Notes: generated by a model not told the origin, from the sequence alone. Positions 9,301 to 18,007 are shown, counted from the stretch's first letter. The stretch is 20,000 nt of DNA from an uncultured virus (IMG/VR IMGVR_UViG_3300012665_001205) (IMGVR_UViG_3300012665_001205), one strand, 5' to 3'. Numbers and translations: made by a program.

Positions 9301-12300
9301 CAAGCTCTTTACGACAAGATCAATGAGGTAAGAAATGCTGAGAAGAGGTATGACAATCTTTACAGTTTGTACACTGACTCTTCGAAGTATACTCAGGAAC
9401 AGATCACTGACTTGATCGAGAAGTCTGACCTATCCCAAGACATCAAGAACGAGTACAAAGAGATTCTTGGATCAAAGGAGGAGACCAGAAGATCTGAGCA
9501 GAAAAAAGCAGCTCCTACAAATATAGAGGAGTCTATTAAGAACTCTGCAAAGACGCTTCAGACATCATTCCCTGGAGTTAATGTTATTGTAGCAGATAAT
9601 ACTGAGGACGCTAAGAACCAAATTGTAGAGCAACTTACTCCAATTGTTGGAGAAGAAAATGCAAAAACTATTGCAGATCAAGTAGAGACAGCCAGAGGTC
9701 AGGCAGTATTCTATAATGGTAAGCCAATAGCTGTTGTAGTAAACAAAGAGAAGGCAATATCAAACACTGCTGCACATGAGGTTTGGCACTTAATATTGAG
9801 AGAAGCATTTGGAAAGGATGCTAAGAAGTTTAAGAGCTTCCAGAACGCTATTTCTAGAGAACTAAAGAAATCTGGATACGCTGATGTTGCAGATTATCTT
9901 GACACATTCTCAGCTGAATATGAGGGTGACGCTGCATACGAAGAATACTTGGCAGAGCTTGGTGGATTGCTCACCACAAAAGGTTTCGATCCTAAGAACC
10001 TAACAGCACAGGAGAAGTCCATCCTTGAGAAGATCAAGGAGATCATCAACAAGTTTGCTAAGTCAATTGTTGGTCAGGATGTATTCTTGAAGGACGCCAA
10101 GCCAGAGAACATTCTTCAGTTTATGATTAGTGTATCTGACTTAGTTGCTAAGGGCGAGGATGTAAGACCAGCCATTGGTAAGACTAAAGCAAAGAAGGCT
10201 AAAGCTAAAGTTGATATTGTAAAACAATCAACTGAGGCGTTCTCTGGAAAACTTGGAGAAATGGGTATATCTGTTGGAGTTACAAACTCAAAAACAGGTA
10301 AAACTAAGGTTACAAACTTTGATGTAGCTAAAGGATTAAATGAATACTATACTAAAAAATACGGAACAATAGCTCCAGGAGACTTTTCTCAGAAAGCTGT
10401 AGATGCGTTAGCAGACTATGCATCTGTAGAGATGTTGTTTGCAATGTCTAAGTTTGGAGATAAATCTGGTAAGGGGTGGTATACCGAAGACTACTCTGAA
10501 GCTTTAGATATACTTTCATCTATAGATCCAGATATAACTAAAGACCCAAAGATAAAAGCAATTACAACTTCTATTATTGCTGTAGCATCTAACTCAAGTG
10601 GCGTTTACGATAACCTTACAAGAGTAATATATGGTATAAGTGAATACAAGAAAACTGGTAAGATACCTTTAAACGTAGGTACTGGTAAAGGTCAAGAAGC
10701 AATAGCAACTGGTATTGATAGATACAACAAAGTTGTTGAAAAACTAGGTAACGATCCAGTTAGAGTAGAGAAATTCATGAGTCAAATAGACAAGGTTTCC
10801 GAATTGAAAAAGAAACTTGTTAAAGAGTTTGACATGAAGAGCTGGGCTGATGCTAAGAAAGAACTTGCTACAGATCCAGATTGGAATGACTCTGAAACAT
10901 TACCAATGTCTGTTTTAATATTTGGTCCAAAAATCGGAGCATTCTGGTCTAATCTTTCTGGACTAGATGGTACGCCAACTATTGATAGATGGTGTATAAG
11001 AACAATATACCGATACAAGGGAGATATGAGAGCTAAAATACCTTCTTCAGATATGAAATCATTCATGAATGAAAATGGTATAAATGGTGCTTCAGAGTCA
11101 GACGTAATATCTTTAGCTCAAGAGCACTCTAAAATGTTTAAAAGAATACTTGCTGGAAAGGGTGAGTATGCATCTCTAACTAAACCTGAAAGAAATGAAT
11201 TATTAAAACCTTACCGAAAGGGAGATCAGATTTGGACCAAGGCTCAAGGTGTAGTAAATGATATATCCGAAGGAATAGATGACTCAATAGAAAATAAGGC
11301 AAAGTATGGGAGAGATTTTAGAAGCTTTACTAAAAATGTTTTTGAAAAAGCTAGAGATATTGTTGTTGATAAAACTGGAATAAAACTATCTGTTTCTGAT
11401 GTTCAGGCTATACTTTGGATATACGAAAAAAATCTATTCGGTGAGCTTGGAGTAAAGCAAAGAGAAGATTCAACATATTCCTCTGCCGCAAATTCAATTA
11501 TAAACAAAGTTAAGTCTGGTCCTTTAACTGTTGATATGCTTAAGAGTGGAGACTTGAAAGCACTTGAAACAGAGAAAATATCAGACGATGGCCCAATGGG
11601 TGATATATATACTTTTGGAGATAAACAATTCAAGAGTGGATTAGATTCTAGAGAAAAGAGATCTAAAGAATCAATTGAAATTGCAAAACAAATAACTACA
11701 GATAAAGACGCAAAACCTGGTTTCGAAGCTACTCTTGCAGCAATAAATGAGACTATAGAAGATAGAAAAATTTGGAGAAAAGAAAATAAAGTTAACCAGA
11801 AGCAAAAAAGAAATCCTATAGTTGAAAAGGCTGTTAAAGATTATTACAATGGATTAATAAACCAAGATCAATACATTGAAATAGTTAGAAAAAATCAACC
11901 TATTAAAACATTTAAAAGTGTTCCAGCCCTTCCTTCAGTAAGAGATATAGTTAATTCATTAGATGAAAATAAAGTTGCAACTGGTATTGTTGGTGTTACA
12001 AAAAATATTGAAGACGGAGATAAAGTAGCCTCTAGACTTGATATCCCTGCATACGAAGACTTTGATACATGGGTTGTTTCTGTTCATGATGGAGATAAAG
12101 AGGGAAAATCTATAGCTTATGGGCAAACAGCAGTATTAAAAAATGTTAATTTTAAAACATTTCCTGGTCCAGCCATAAGGATTGCTATGGGAACTCAAAG
12201 TAAATCCACTATAGCAAGAATATTTGGTAACTGGGTTAATGAAGATCCTGAAGCAGTCCACGATAGAGCAAAGAAATTAATGGATGATCCTGAGTGGACT

Positions 12301-15300
12301 CAGGTTGGCATGAATCCGTTCAGACATAGTTACTTCTATGATAAGACTGATGGCATGCCAGTTGCAACAGCAGATGAAGTGGTTCAAGTAGGAGCATTAG
12401 TATTAGCAAAAAATGCTAAGAAAGTACTTCCATCTGATCCAATGTTTACCACTAAGTCAGCTGAAGGTCTTGAAATTCAATTTCAAAAACAACTACCAGC
12501 CAGAGTTAACGAACAGGTAAACAACATAATCGCTGAGCAGAAAGCACTTGGCACCAAGCCAGTAGAGATAGCTAGAGAGGCCGCTAAGTACGTTAAGACT
12601 ACTGACGCATATAAGAAGCTTGGAGACAGAGACAAGGCTAAGGTTTTATCTGGTGTCAAGAGATTGTCTGGAATGAGAGTTAAAGTTACTGTTGATGAAT
12701 ATGCCACACTTAAGGATCAGATAAGACTAGAAGAAAAAGCTGCTAAAGGAGCTATTTTTGATCAAAAGAAATCTTTGAACAATCTTATTAACTCAGTTAG
12801 AGCATTGGCTAAAGCTGGTAAGATAAGCACATTCAGAGCTGGTGTCATCATCAGTAGAATAGCAAAGACAAATTTAAAAAGCCCTGAGTCTGTAAATAAG
12901 ACTTTAAACTACGTTGCAGATATATTTGACAACGCAAACCTAGCTATGAAGATCAGCAGAGCTAGATCTTTGGTTAAGAATGCCAAGAGAAATATTAACT
13001 CAAAGATTGGCCAGAACCCTGACTTGTTTAATGCTGGAAAGATACTGGTTTCAATAGATCCTTCATTTATACCAACGCCAATGATCGATGACTACTTAGA
13101 CATCATGGAGGTTATTGGAGAGAGAGCTAGAGTTCTATCAATTAAAGACTCTGGAGAGCTTACAGCTAAGATGAATGTCATTATAAACGCTGTGATTAAT
13201 GAGTCTGAAGATGTAGTTAATTCTGCCGAGCAGGAGAAGATTAGAATGACTCCAGAAGAAAGCGTTGTGGCTGCACAATCATTAATCGATCAGATCAAAG
13301 CAGATAAGTTAGATACCTCTAACATTATTGATGTAAATGATGCTGCCGTGGCTAGAAAAATTGCATCTATCACAGAAAAAGATATGATGGATTTACTGTC
13401 AATAGATAAGGATGGAATCACAGACTTCTCTAAGCTAAACCTGTTACTTGGAATTAGGGAAAACATTAAAGCTGGAATCGTAACACACGAAGCAATGCTT
13501 ATGGCTACAGCTGTAGCACAGAACAGAAACGTAGACAAATTGTCTACAGTTGTAGGAAAGGTAACTGGGCCTAAGATTCTTAATGGTGTAACTAGAACTA
13601 TCTCTAAGATTAAAGGAGCTATAACAGGTAAGTCTGGAGTTCTTGAAGCTATTAGATCTACACCTCTAGAATTTATAGATGACGTTATTGGTAACTTTAA
13701 CGATAAGACAATCTATAACCTAACATTCGGTATACTTGGATCTCCAAAGGGAAGACTAGACGCAAGACTAGCAGACCTATCTGCTAAGGCAGATGCGGCA
13801 GAGAAGTTACTACAGAGTGCTGGTAGAACAGATAACGCTGTTGTTGAGGCTAAGTACAAGATCATGGCACTACAGTTGCAGAGAGAGTTTGATTCAAACC
13901 CAGGAAGCCCATCTGTGGCTCCTGCTATTGAGTTTATTGACGCAACACTTAGAGCTATATCTAGAAAAGAGTCTTCACTTACAAATAATGACGCAAGGAT
14001 ACTTGAGAAGATCAAAAAGGACTTTGGAGTTAAAGATGCAGATGGAAATCAAACTCTAAATACTAAAGCCATTGAAAATTCTTTGAAAGAGAATGACAAG
14101 AAAGCTATGTCTTTGATTGATGAGATCAACGCTGCTCAAGCATCTGAGGCACTGTTTACAAGTTCTGTAATTAGAGGTGCTAGAGTTAACATTATTAACA
14201 ACTACGTACACCACGCTGTCCTTAGCAAAAATCAATCTTTGGAGGCTGAGTCACTTATAAATAAACTGTTAGGTAGAGGTGTAAATGGTAAGCCATCCAC
14301 TAAGGCTGGCACATTGAACGAAAGAACTCCTGGGGCTAAGGCAATTATGTTTGACCCAGTGTCAGCGTCAATGAGAGGTGCTAGAGAAACCCTAACAGAC
14401 TTCTACATGACTCCAGCAATTAGAGAGGTTACAGGATCACTTAATAAGCTTAAGGATAAGGTGTTTGACGATCCAAATTCAACTCAGGATCAAAAGGATA
14501 TTGCTCAGTCTCTGGTAGAATCTGTAGAGGAGGCGTTGGAAGTTACATTCCAAAATCACTTTAGCTCAGACACTAACTTTGAGGCTTTAGTTAAGGCTAT
14601 TCAAAAACTAGGGTACCAGACAACATTGGCTTCTATCCCAAGAGCTATTGCAGAACTTTCATCTAACATGTCGTTCGCAATATTATCAGACCCAAAGACA
14701 ACTACAGATGCATTGAAGCACACTAAGTTTGCTTTCTCTTCGGATATGCTAGGTTTCTTGGAGAAGATCGGTAGTGCTGAATCAACTAGACTTGCAGGAA
14801 CTCAGATCCTAACTGGTAAGTATGCTGAGGGTGGGTTTGCATCTGGATATGGAAGAACAAGTAAGTCCGCAGCATCATCTAAGATAATGGACTACGCATC
14901 ATTCATAACTAGAATGTCTATCGGTAAACTATACAGAGTTGCTGACGTAACTTCAGATCTATTGATATCTACACCAGATAAGGTGGTATCAAAGGCTTAC
15001 TATGTTGCTGACTTTGTAAACAACTTTGAGAAGGAGACTGGAATAAAGTTAACTGAAAGCGATCTAAGAAAGATATCAGACGGGACATCTGAGTACTTGT
15101 CTCCAGAGTATGAGACAGCACTACAGAAGGCACGACAAAAAGCAGACTCAGACATTGTTCGAATGGCCGCTTCTGGAAATTCGTTCAACACAATTCTTAA
15201 GAACGTGCCAAGAAAGAAAGATGCCGCAATGATGTCAGCATACAGAGCGATAAACTCTTTCATGTCTAGGTTCTATTTAACTGAATACGGAACATTAAGA

Positions 15301-16107
15301 TCTGCCGTGATAGCATTGTTCAAGAGTGGACAGATAGATAAGAAGGCCGCAACAGCTATAATTGCAGCATCTGTAACCAGAATGAGCATGTATGTTGTTG
15401 CATATTCATTATTAAGTTCTATCTTTGACTCAATTATCGGAGAAGCACTTGATTTGGAGGGAGAAGATGAAGACGATGAGGATCTAATGACCAAAGCAAA
15501 GAGAAGCATGGTAGGAACTGGAGTTGGTGTTCTAAGTAGAAGAACTCTAGGAAACATTGGTTATACTCCAGTAGCGTATGCTATCGAGCAACTAAATGCT
15601 GATCTTGGTGAAGATTTCGGACTAAGAGATGGCGAGTATGATCCTTTCAAGAATTCATTGGTTTATTCTAAGGTTTCTGAGTCAGACTTGAAAACAAAGA
15701 GCCCTTACGAAGTTCTTGGCAAGGCTTTTGCTGGTCCTTATGCTCCAGCACTATCAAGCATAGCAAGAACTGCAACTCTATATGGCAGAGCTACTAAAGA
15801 AGGATCTAAGCCAGAAACTCAAAAGAGAGCAATGGATGAGCTAGAAAGCAGAATGGCACTAGAGGCAGTAGGTAATCTTGGACTGATTCCTCTGTACAAG
15901 GACGTTAGAAGAATCATGATGAGTGACTTTTACGCAAGAAATTACGATAAAAAAGAGTCTCCTTCTTTCACTATCACTCAAAAACAAATAGATTTGATAC
16001 GTAAATCAAACCCTACGGCAGCGAGACAGCTTCAGTCTATATATGATATGCAGAAAGCTCAAGAGAAAAAGGTGAGAGATTTAAAAGAAAAGTTAGAAAA
16101 GAAATAA
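6343..16107 (+). CDS. Giant polyvalent ejection protein (3254 aa) with zincin metallopeptidase and several cargo domains
   Basis: Uninterrupted 9.8-kb ORF. Gly/Ala-rich hydrophobic helices (~6950-7500); HEVWH (9775-9789) with EEYLAE (9940-9957); GPK...ID.W (10924-10992); long helical C-terminal part. Confidence 0.85.
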   Translation: MNEQVIDDLFNQAVSKGYKKSREEFVNLLHTNDAVLNDMYSYVQSKGYQKGIEDFNGLVGKKKGVTGSSTVDGTLALPSGEKDTALERTFGKNPVTDFFGDIYRSYEAGSSKVENIDPTMNIFGKKASEIDDESLKAFVESANKLSKTPVTDEMRQYQKDVNEAGGGFLNSIIQAVKNPGIIPQLVVDSFSMMVPITDEGVSSYALAGAAAGAGTGAGVGAGVGALGGPLAPISVTAGAAAGGLRGLMAGMSATTEVALSYGQYLQEEAQKRGLEFNEQNVKKLLEDQAVVDGATNRALSRGATIGLVDVVTSGFAGKALGATKAAVKGTTGKVLGTGAALTVESVGEGAGEGAAQVVSGQEVSGEEIALEMLGGVGGGVFNVAVENLVGTEKIGRYKINGEEVSKNRLNRFLQTATPDEVAKTNIEITDDNDVLAVAEDKKKEALLAGQIDPAVTDETDKSRLVKLEKERAKLKGLDTKSAQNRVKAIDEEIDSITGKYTLEEKPAAETIEYKIDGSKMDRARFVAAVDEAKNEEALNELETTDPEVQKVIDAKRAQLTGKPVAEPKAVTQQNQEKINDIEKRRQEELNTYDEEGLNEIYAINNDQTIGEFINAKYDAELAAIEKTAPVEEVKPVTINVADKYTVDEVDRVKTLPIENEDGATMNLDGTKYEKGGVVIPLASRNLPISELTPEKIDEFVKENSESIGSDMVKVGIYKFPNSDQASIDINIVADRSRRDEAIEIARELGQESIFDLDTFENIKTGADGKNPKVLTPKEFLAIQDRLSRPKQTEVTVTPETSSNYANMTEDNEGNFVFFHVGKKGYGTIKKGTGATAVTSREEASALSKVGGLAMYYTAPEQTERQSADGAKYAVKVPKEKVYDFNTDKLNLIDEARQRHESENPGKAFDTNSQIAYVTKIAGEKGFDMVVAEWAGGTRAQTTKELTPVDVQESTGNVIEKNFDNQYESNKTKGFTPVVPKRKADKLQALYDKINEVRNAEKRYDNLYSLYTDSSKYTQEQITDLIEKSDLSQDIKNEYKEILGSKEETRRSEQKKAAPTNIEESIKNSAKTLQTSFPGVNVIVADNTEDAKNQIVEQLTPIVGEENAKTIADQVETARGQAVFYNGKPIAVVVNKEKAISNTAAHEVWHLILREAFGKDAKKFKSFQNAISRELKKSGYADVADYLDTFSAEYEGDAAYEEYLAELGGLLTTKGFDPKNLTAQEKSILEKIKEIINKFAKSIVGQDVFLKDAKPENILQFMISVSDLVAKGEDVRPAIGKTKAKKAKAKVDIVKQSTEAFSGKLGEMGISVGVTNSKTGKTKVTNFDVAKGLNEYYTKKYGTIAPGDFSQKAVDALADYASVEMLFAMSKFGDKSGKGWYTEDYSEALDILSSIDPDITKDPKIKAITTSIIAVASNSSGVYDNLTRVIYGISEYKKTGKIPLNVGTGKGQEAIATGIDRYNKVVEKLGNDPVRVEKFMSQIDKVSELKKKLVKEFDMKSWADAKKELATDPDWNDSETLPMSVLIFGPKIGAFWSNLSGLDGTPTIDRWCIRTIYRYKGDMRAKIPSSDMKSFMNENGINGASESDVISLAQEHSKMFKRILAGKGEYASLTKPERNELLKPYRKGDQIWTKAQGVVNDISEGIDDSIENKAKYGRDFRSFTKNVFEKARDIVVDKTGIKLSVSDVQAILWIYEKNLFGELGVKQREDSTYSSAANSIINKVKSGPLTVDMLKSGDLKALETEKISDDGPMGDIYTFGDKQFKSGLDSREKRSKESIEIAKQITTDKDAKPGFEATLAAINETIEDRKIWRKENKVNQKQKRNPIVEKAVKDYYNGLINQDQYIEIVRKNQPIKTFKSVPALPSVRDIVNSLDENKVATGIVGVTKNIEDGDKVASRLDIPAYEDFDTWVVSVHDGDKEGKSIAYGQTAVLKNVNFKTFPGPAIRIAMGTQSKSTIARIFGNWVNEDPEAVHDRAKKLMDDPEWTQVGMNPFRHSYFYDKTDGMPVATADEVVQVGALVLAKNAKKVLPSDPMFTTKSAEGLEIQFQKQLPARVNEQVNNIIAEQKALGTKPVEIAREAAKYVKTTDAYKKLGDRDKAKVLSGVKRLSGMRVKVTVDEYATLKDQIRLEEKAAKGAIFDQKKSLNNLINSVRALAKAGKISTFRAGVIISRIAKTNLKSPESVNKTLNYVADIFDNANLAMKISRARSLVKNAKRNINSKIGQNPDLFNAGKILVSIDPSFIPTPMIDDYLDIMEVIGERARVLSIKDSGELTAKMNVIINAVINESEDVVNSAEQEKIRMTPEESVVAAQSLIDQIKADKLDTSNIIDVNDAAVARKIASITEKDMMDLLSIDKDGITDFSKLNLLLGIRENIKAGIVTHEAMLMATAVAQNRNVDKLSTVVGKVTGPKILNGVTRTISKIKGAITGKSGVLEAIRSTPLEFIDDVIGNFNDKTIYNLTFGILGSPKGRLDARLADLSAKADAAEKLLQSAGRTDNAVVEAKYKIMALQLQREFDSNPGSPSVAPAIEFIDATLRAISRKESSLTNNDARILEKIKKDFGVKDADGNQTLNTKAIENSLKENDKKAMSLIDEINAAQASEALFTSSVIRGARVNIINNYVHHAVLSKNQSLEAESLINKLLGRGVNGKPSTKAGTLNERTPGAKAIMFDPVSASMRGARETLTDFYMTPAIREVTGSLNKLKDKVFDDPNSTQDQKDIAQSLVESVEEALEVTFQNHFSSDTNFEALVKAIQKLGYQTTLASIPRAIAELSSNMSFAILSDPKTTTDALKHTKFAFSSDMLGFLEKIGSAESTRLAGTQILTGKYAEGGFASGYGRTSKSAASSKIMDYASFITRMSIGKLYRVADVTSDLLISTPDKVVSKAYYVADFVNNFEKETGIKLTESDLRKISDGTSEYLSPEYETALQKARQKADSDIVRMAASGNSFNTILKNVPRKKDAAMMSAYRAINSFMSRFYLTEYGTLRSAVIALFKSGQIDKKAATAIIAASVTRMSMYVVAYSLLSSIFDSIIGEALDLEGEDEDDEDLMTKAKRSMVGTGVGVLSRRTLGNIGYTPVAYAIEQLNADLGEDFGLRDGEYDPFKNSLVYSKVSESDLKTKSPYEVLGKAFAGPYAPALSSIARTATLYGRATKEGSKPETQKRAMDELESRMALEAVGNLGLIPLYKDVRRIMMSDFYARNYDKKESPSFTITQKQIDLIRKSNPTAARQLQSIYDMQKAQEKKVRDLKEKLEKK
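6522..6531 (+). repeat. A10 homopolymer in the giant ORF (G-K-K-K)
   Basis: gga aaa aaa aaa ggc read directly. Confidence 0.9.
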
Positions 16108-16124
16108 ACCAAATCCAATTAATA

Positions 16125-16970
16125 ATGCAAATCAAAGTTCAAAATGACTCGTTTCTTGTAGAGGTACCTCTCAAGGATTCGGGAGATTACAAGAGCATCT
16201 TGTTCATTTCTGATCTACATTTCGATTCGAAGAAGTGCAACAGAAAGGCTCTTAAAGCTATGATGGATGAAGCGGTAGAGAGAAATTCCTCTATCGCCAT
16301 CTTTGGAGACATCTTAGACATCATGGGAGCAAAGTTTGACCCAAGATCAAGTAAGGGTGACATTAGACCAGAGTACAGCACCAATAACTATTTTATGGAC
16401 GTGTTGGATGACGCAGTAAGATTCTTTGGTCAGTACGCAGACAGGATCTTGTTCTTGTCTATGGGTAACCATGAGGACTCAGTAAAGAAGAGACACGAGT
16501 TTGATCTTCTTTCTATCATGTCCTATAAGTTAAAGCAAGAGTACAACTGGAAAGGTTTACTAGGACCTTATGAGGGATGGATTCTTTTCAGAGTATTGGA
16601 AGGTGCAACCAACATCAATAGAGGCACAGTAAAGGCTTACTACACGCATGGGGCTGGAGGTAACGCTCCAGTAACAAGAGGTGTTATTCAGAGCTCAAGA
16701 AGACAGGTACAGATTAGTGCAGACATGTTTATATCTGGACACATCCACACTCAGTTCTCATTCCCAATCCCACAGAGAATAGTTAACAGCCACGGTGTAG
16801 AAGAGATTAAGGACATCGTACACCTACAGCTAGGATGTTTCAAGGAGAGCCACAGAGGATCTTGGGAAGCACAGAGAGGATTCGGACCAGCAAACATTGG
16901 TGGCTACTGGGTTAAGTTTTTTGTGAAGGACAAGAAGCCTAGATTTATTGAAGAAAGAACTATTTACTAA
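16125..16970 (+). CDS. Calcineurin-like metallophosphoesterase
   Basis: All five motifs are present in order: SDLH, GDILD, GNHE, THG, GHIH. Confidence 0.92.
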   Translation: MQIKVQNDSFLVEVPLKDSGDYKSILFISDLHFDSKKCNRKALKAMMDEAVERNSSIAIFGDILDIMGAKFDPRSSKGDIRPEYSTNNYFMDVLDDAVRFFGQYADRILFLSMGNHEDSVKKRHEFDLLSIMSYKLKQEYNWKGLLGPYEGWILFRVLEGATNINRGTVKAYYTHGAGGNAPVTRGVIQSSRRQVQISADMFISGHIHTQFSFPIPQRIVNSHGVEEIKDIVHLQLGCFKESHRGSWEAQRGFGPANIGGYWVKFFVKDKKPRFIEERTIY

Positions 16971-17212
16971 TGAAAGCAACAGCTAAGTATTACAAAGAGA
17001 ACCCAGAGGCCAAGAATAAAAAGGCTAAGTACGACAAGGAGTACAACGAGAATACCGTTTCCGATAGAGTAGAGAGAAACAGAGCCAGAAGAGAGGCGAT
17101 GAAGAAGGGGAGAGTTAGGAAGGGAGATGGTATGGATGTTGACCATGTTGATGGGATCAAATCAAAAAAGACCAAAGTAATGACAGCTTCAAAAAACAGA
17201 GCAAAGAAATGA
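16970..17212 (+). CDS. Small basic HNH-like endonuclease
   Basis: RNRARR...G.V.KGDG.DVDH.DG.......SKNRA pattern of small phage HNH proteins; TAATG coupling. Confidence 0.7.
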   Translation: MKATAKYYKENPEAKNKKAKYDKEYNENTVSDRVERNRARREAMKKGRVRKGDGMDVDHVDGIKSKKTKVMTASKNRAKK

Positions 17213-17460
17213 ACACGTATGAAAATCCATTTGCAGGAAGCACACTAAAAATATTGAGAGCTATTGATGAATCAAAGCTATCGATGTGTGCCATGCAAGA
17301 CAAAATTAAATCAACTCCAATAGAGGAAGAAAATGAATTTTACACATTATTCAATGATGGGACTCTTATCAAGCGAACAAGATCAAAGTTCCCAACAAGC
17401 GGATACCTTAAGGGAGAGCCTAGAATATCATTTACAGAGTACTACGGATTTTTATATTGA
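17209..17460 (+). CDS. Hypothetical protein (83 aa)
   Basis: ATGA overlap with the HNH-like gene; fills the gap up to the next promoter. Confidence 0.65.
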   Translation: MNTYENPFAGSTLKILRAIDESKLSMCAMQDKIKSTPIEEENEFYTLFNDGTLIKRTRSKFPTSGYLKGEPRISFTEYYGFLY

Positions 17461-17475
17461 CATTTTATTTTTTAT

Positions 17476-17483
17476 TATCTTTG
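17476..17483 (+). promoter_or_regulatory. Bacteroidota-type -7 promoter element
   Basis: Intergenic TATCTTTG followed by an A-rich SD-less leader and ATG 17509. Confidence 0.65.
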
Positions 17484-17508
17484 TATAAACCAAAAACAAA
17501 AAAAGAAA

Positions 17509-17799
17509 ATGGAGAAGTTTTTAAGTATCCCAGTAACAAATGAGCAGCGTCAGTTGATTTCTGCTACAGGCATTGTATTAATTGTGCAAGCGTCAACAAC
17601 TACTGTAACTGTACACTACAAGTCTAGCACAGGAACTGATGTTTTGACAATTACTCACGCAACAGCAGCTGCTGGTAATGAGACTATGCGTGATGCTATT
17701 CAAGATGCTGTTGTCAGTGCATTGGCTACATCATGGACTAAAGTAGCGTTTGAGGTTAATAACCTACCGTTTGCTGTATCAGGTATTACAATTGCTTAA
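17509..17799 (+). CDS. Small beta-rich protein, possibly a virion decoration/structural protein (96 aa)
   Basis: Thr/Ala/Val-rich ORF with its own promoter element and downstream terminator. Confidence 0.7.
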   Translation: MEKFLSIPVTNEQRQLISATGIVLIVQASTTTVTVHYKSSTGTDVLTITHATAAAGNETMRDAIQDAVVSALATSWTKVAFEVNNLPFAVSGITIA

Positions 17800-17820
17800 T
17801 ATTTCCTGATAGATAGTAAT

Positions 17821-17848
17821 AAAGCCCAGCAAACACTGGGCTTTTCTT
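17821..17848 (+). terminator. Rho-independent terminator
   Basis: AAAGCCCAG-caaaca-CTGGGCTTT hairpin running into a T-rich tail, 21 nt after the 17799 stop. Confidence 0.85.
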
Positions 17849-17850
17849 AT

Positions 17851-17858
17851 TACCTTTG
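17851..17858 (+). promoter_or_regulatory. Bacteroidota-type -7 promoter element
   Basis: TACCTTTG directly after the terminator, 17 nt before ATG 17876. Confidence 0.6.
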
Positions 17859-17875
17859 CGTTTAAACTATTATTT

Positions 17876-18007
17876 ATGGCATCTAAAGGTAAGGCATCAG
17901 GGGAATCTAGAAAGATCTCATTTGGTAAGAAGAGAACAAGAGTAGCAAAAAAGAACTATTCAAAGTACGAGGAAAAGCCAAAGAAGTACAGAGGTCAGGG
18001 CAGGTAA
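17876..18007 (+). CDS. Small very basic protein ending KKYRGQGR (43 aa; absent from ORF track)
   Basis: Translated by hand: MASKGKASGESRKISFGKKRTRVAKKNYSKYEEKPKKYRGQGR*. The YRGQGR terminus is a motif I recall from small phage proteins; promoter element upstream. Confidence 0.8.
   Translation: MASKGKASGESRKISFGKKRTRVAKKNYSKYEEKPKKYRGQGR

Noticed and set aside
6343..16107. Giant ORF as a crAss-like or N4-like virion RNA polymerase
   Set aside because: No DxDxD motif in an RNAP context and no single-subunit RNAP motifs were seen; EDEDDED near 15465 is an acidic linker.
555..17175. Short antisense or alternate-frame ORFs nested in the large + strand genes (e.g. 2125-2526, 7846-8474, 13290-14059, 15000-15557)
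   Set aside because: Shadow ORFs of strongly biased coding sequence, with no recognisable motifs or expression signals.
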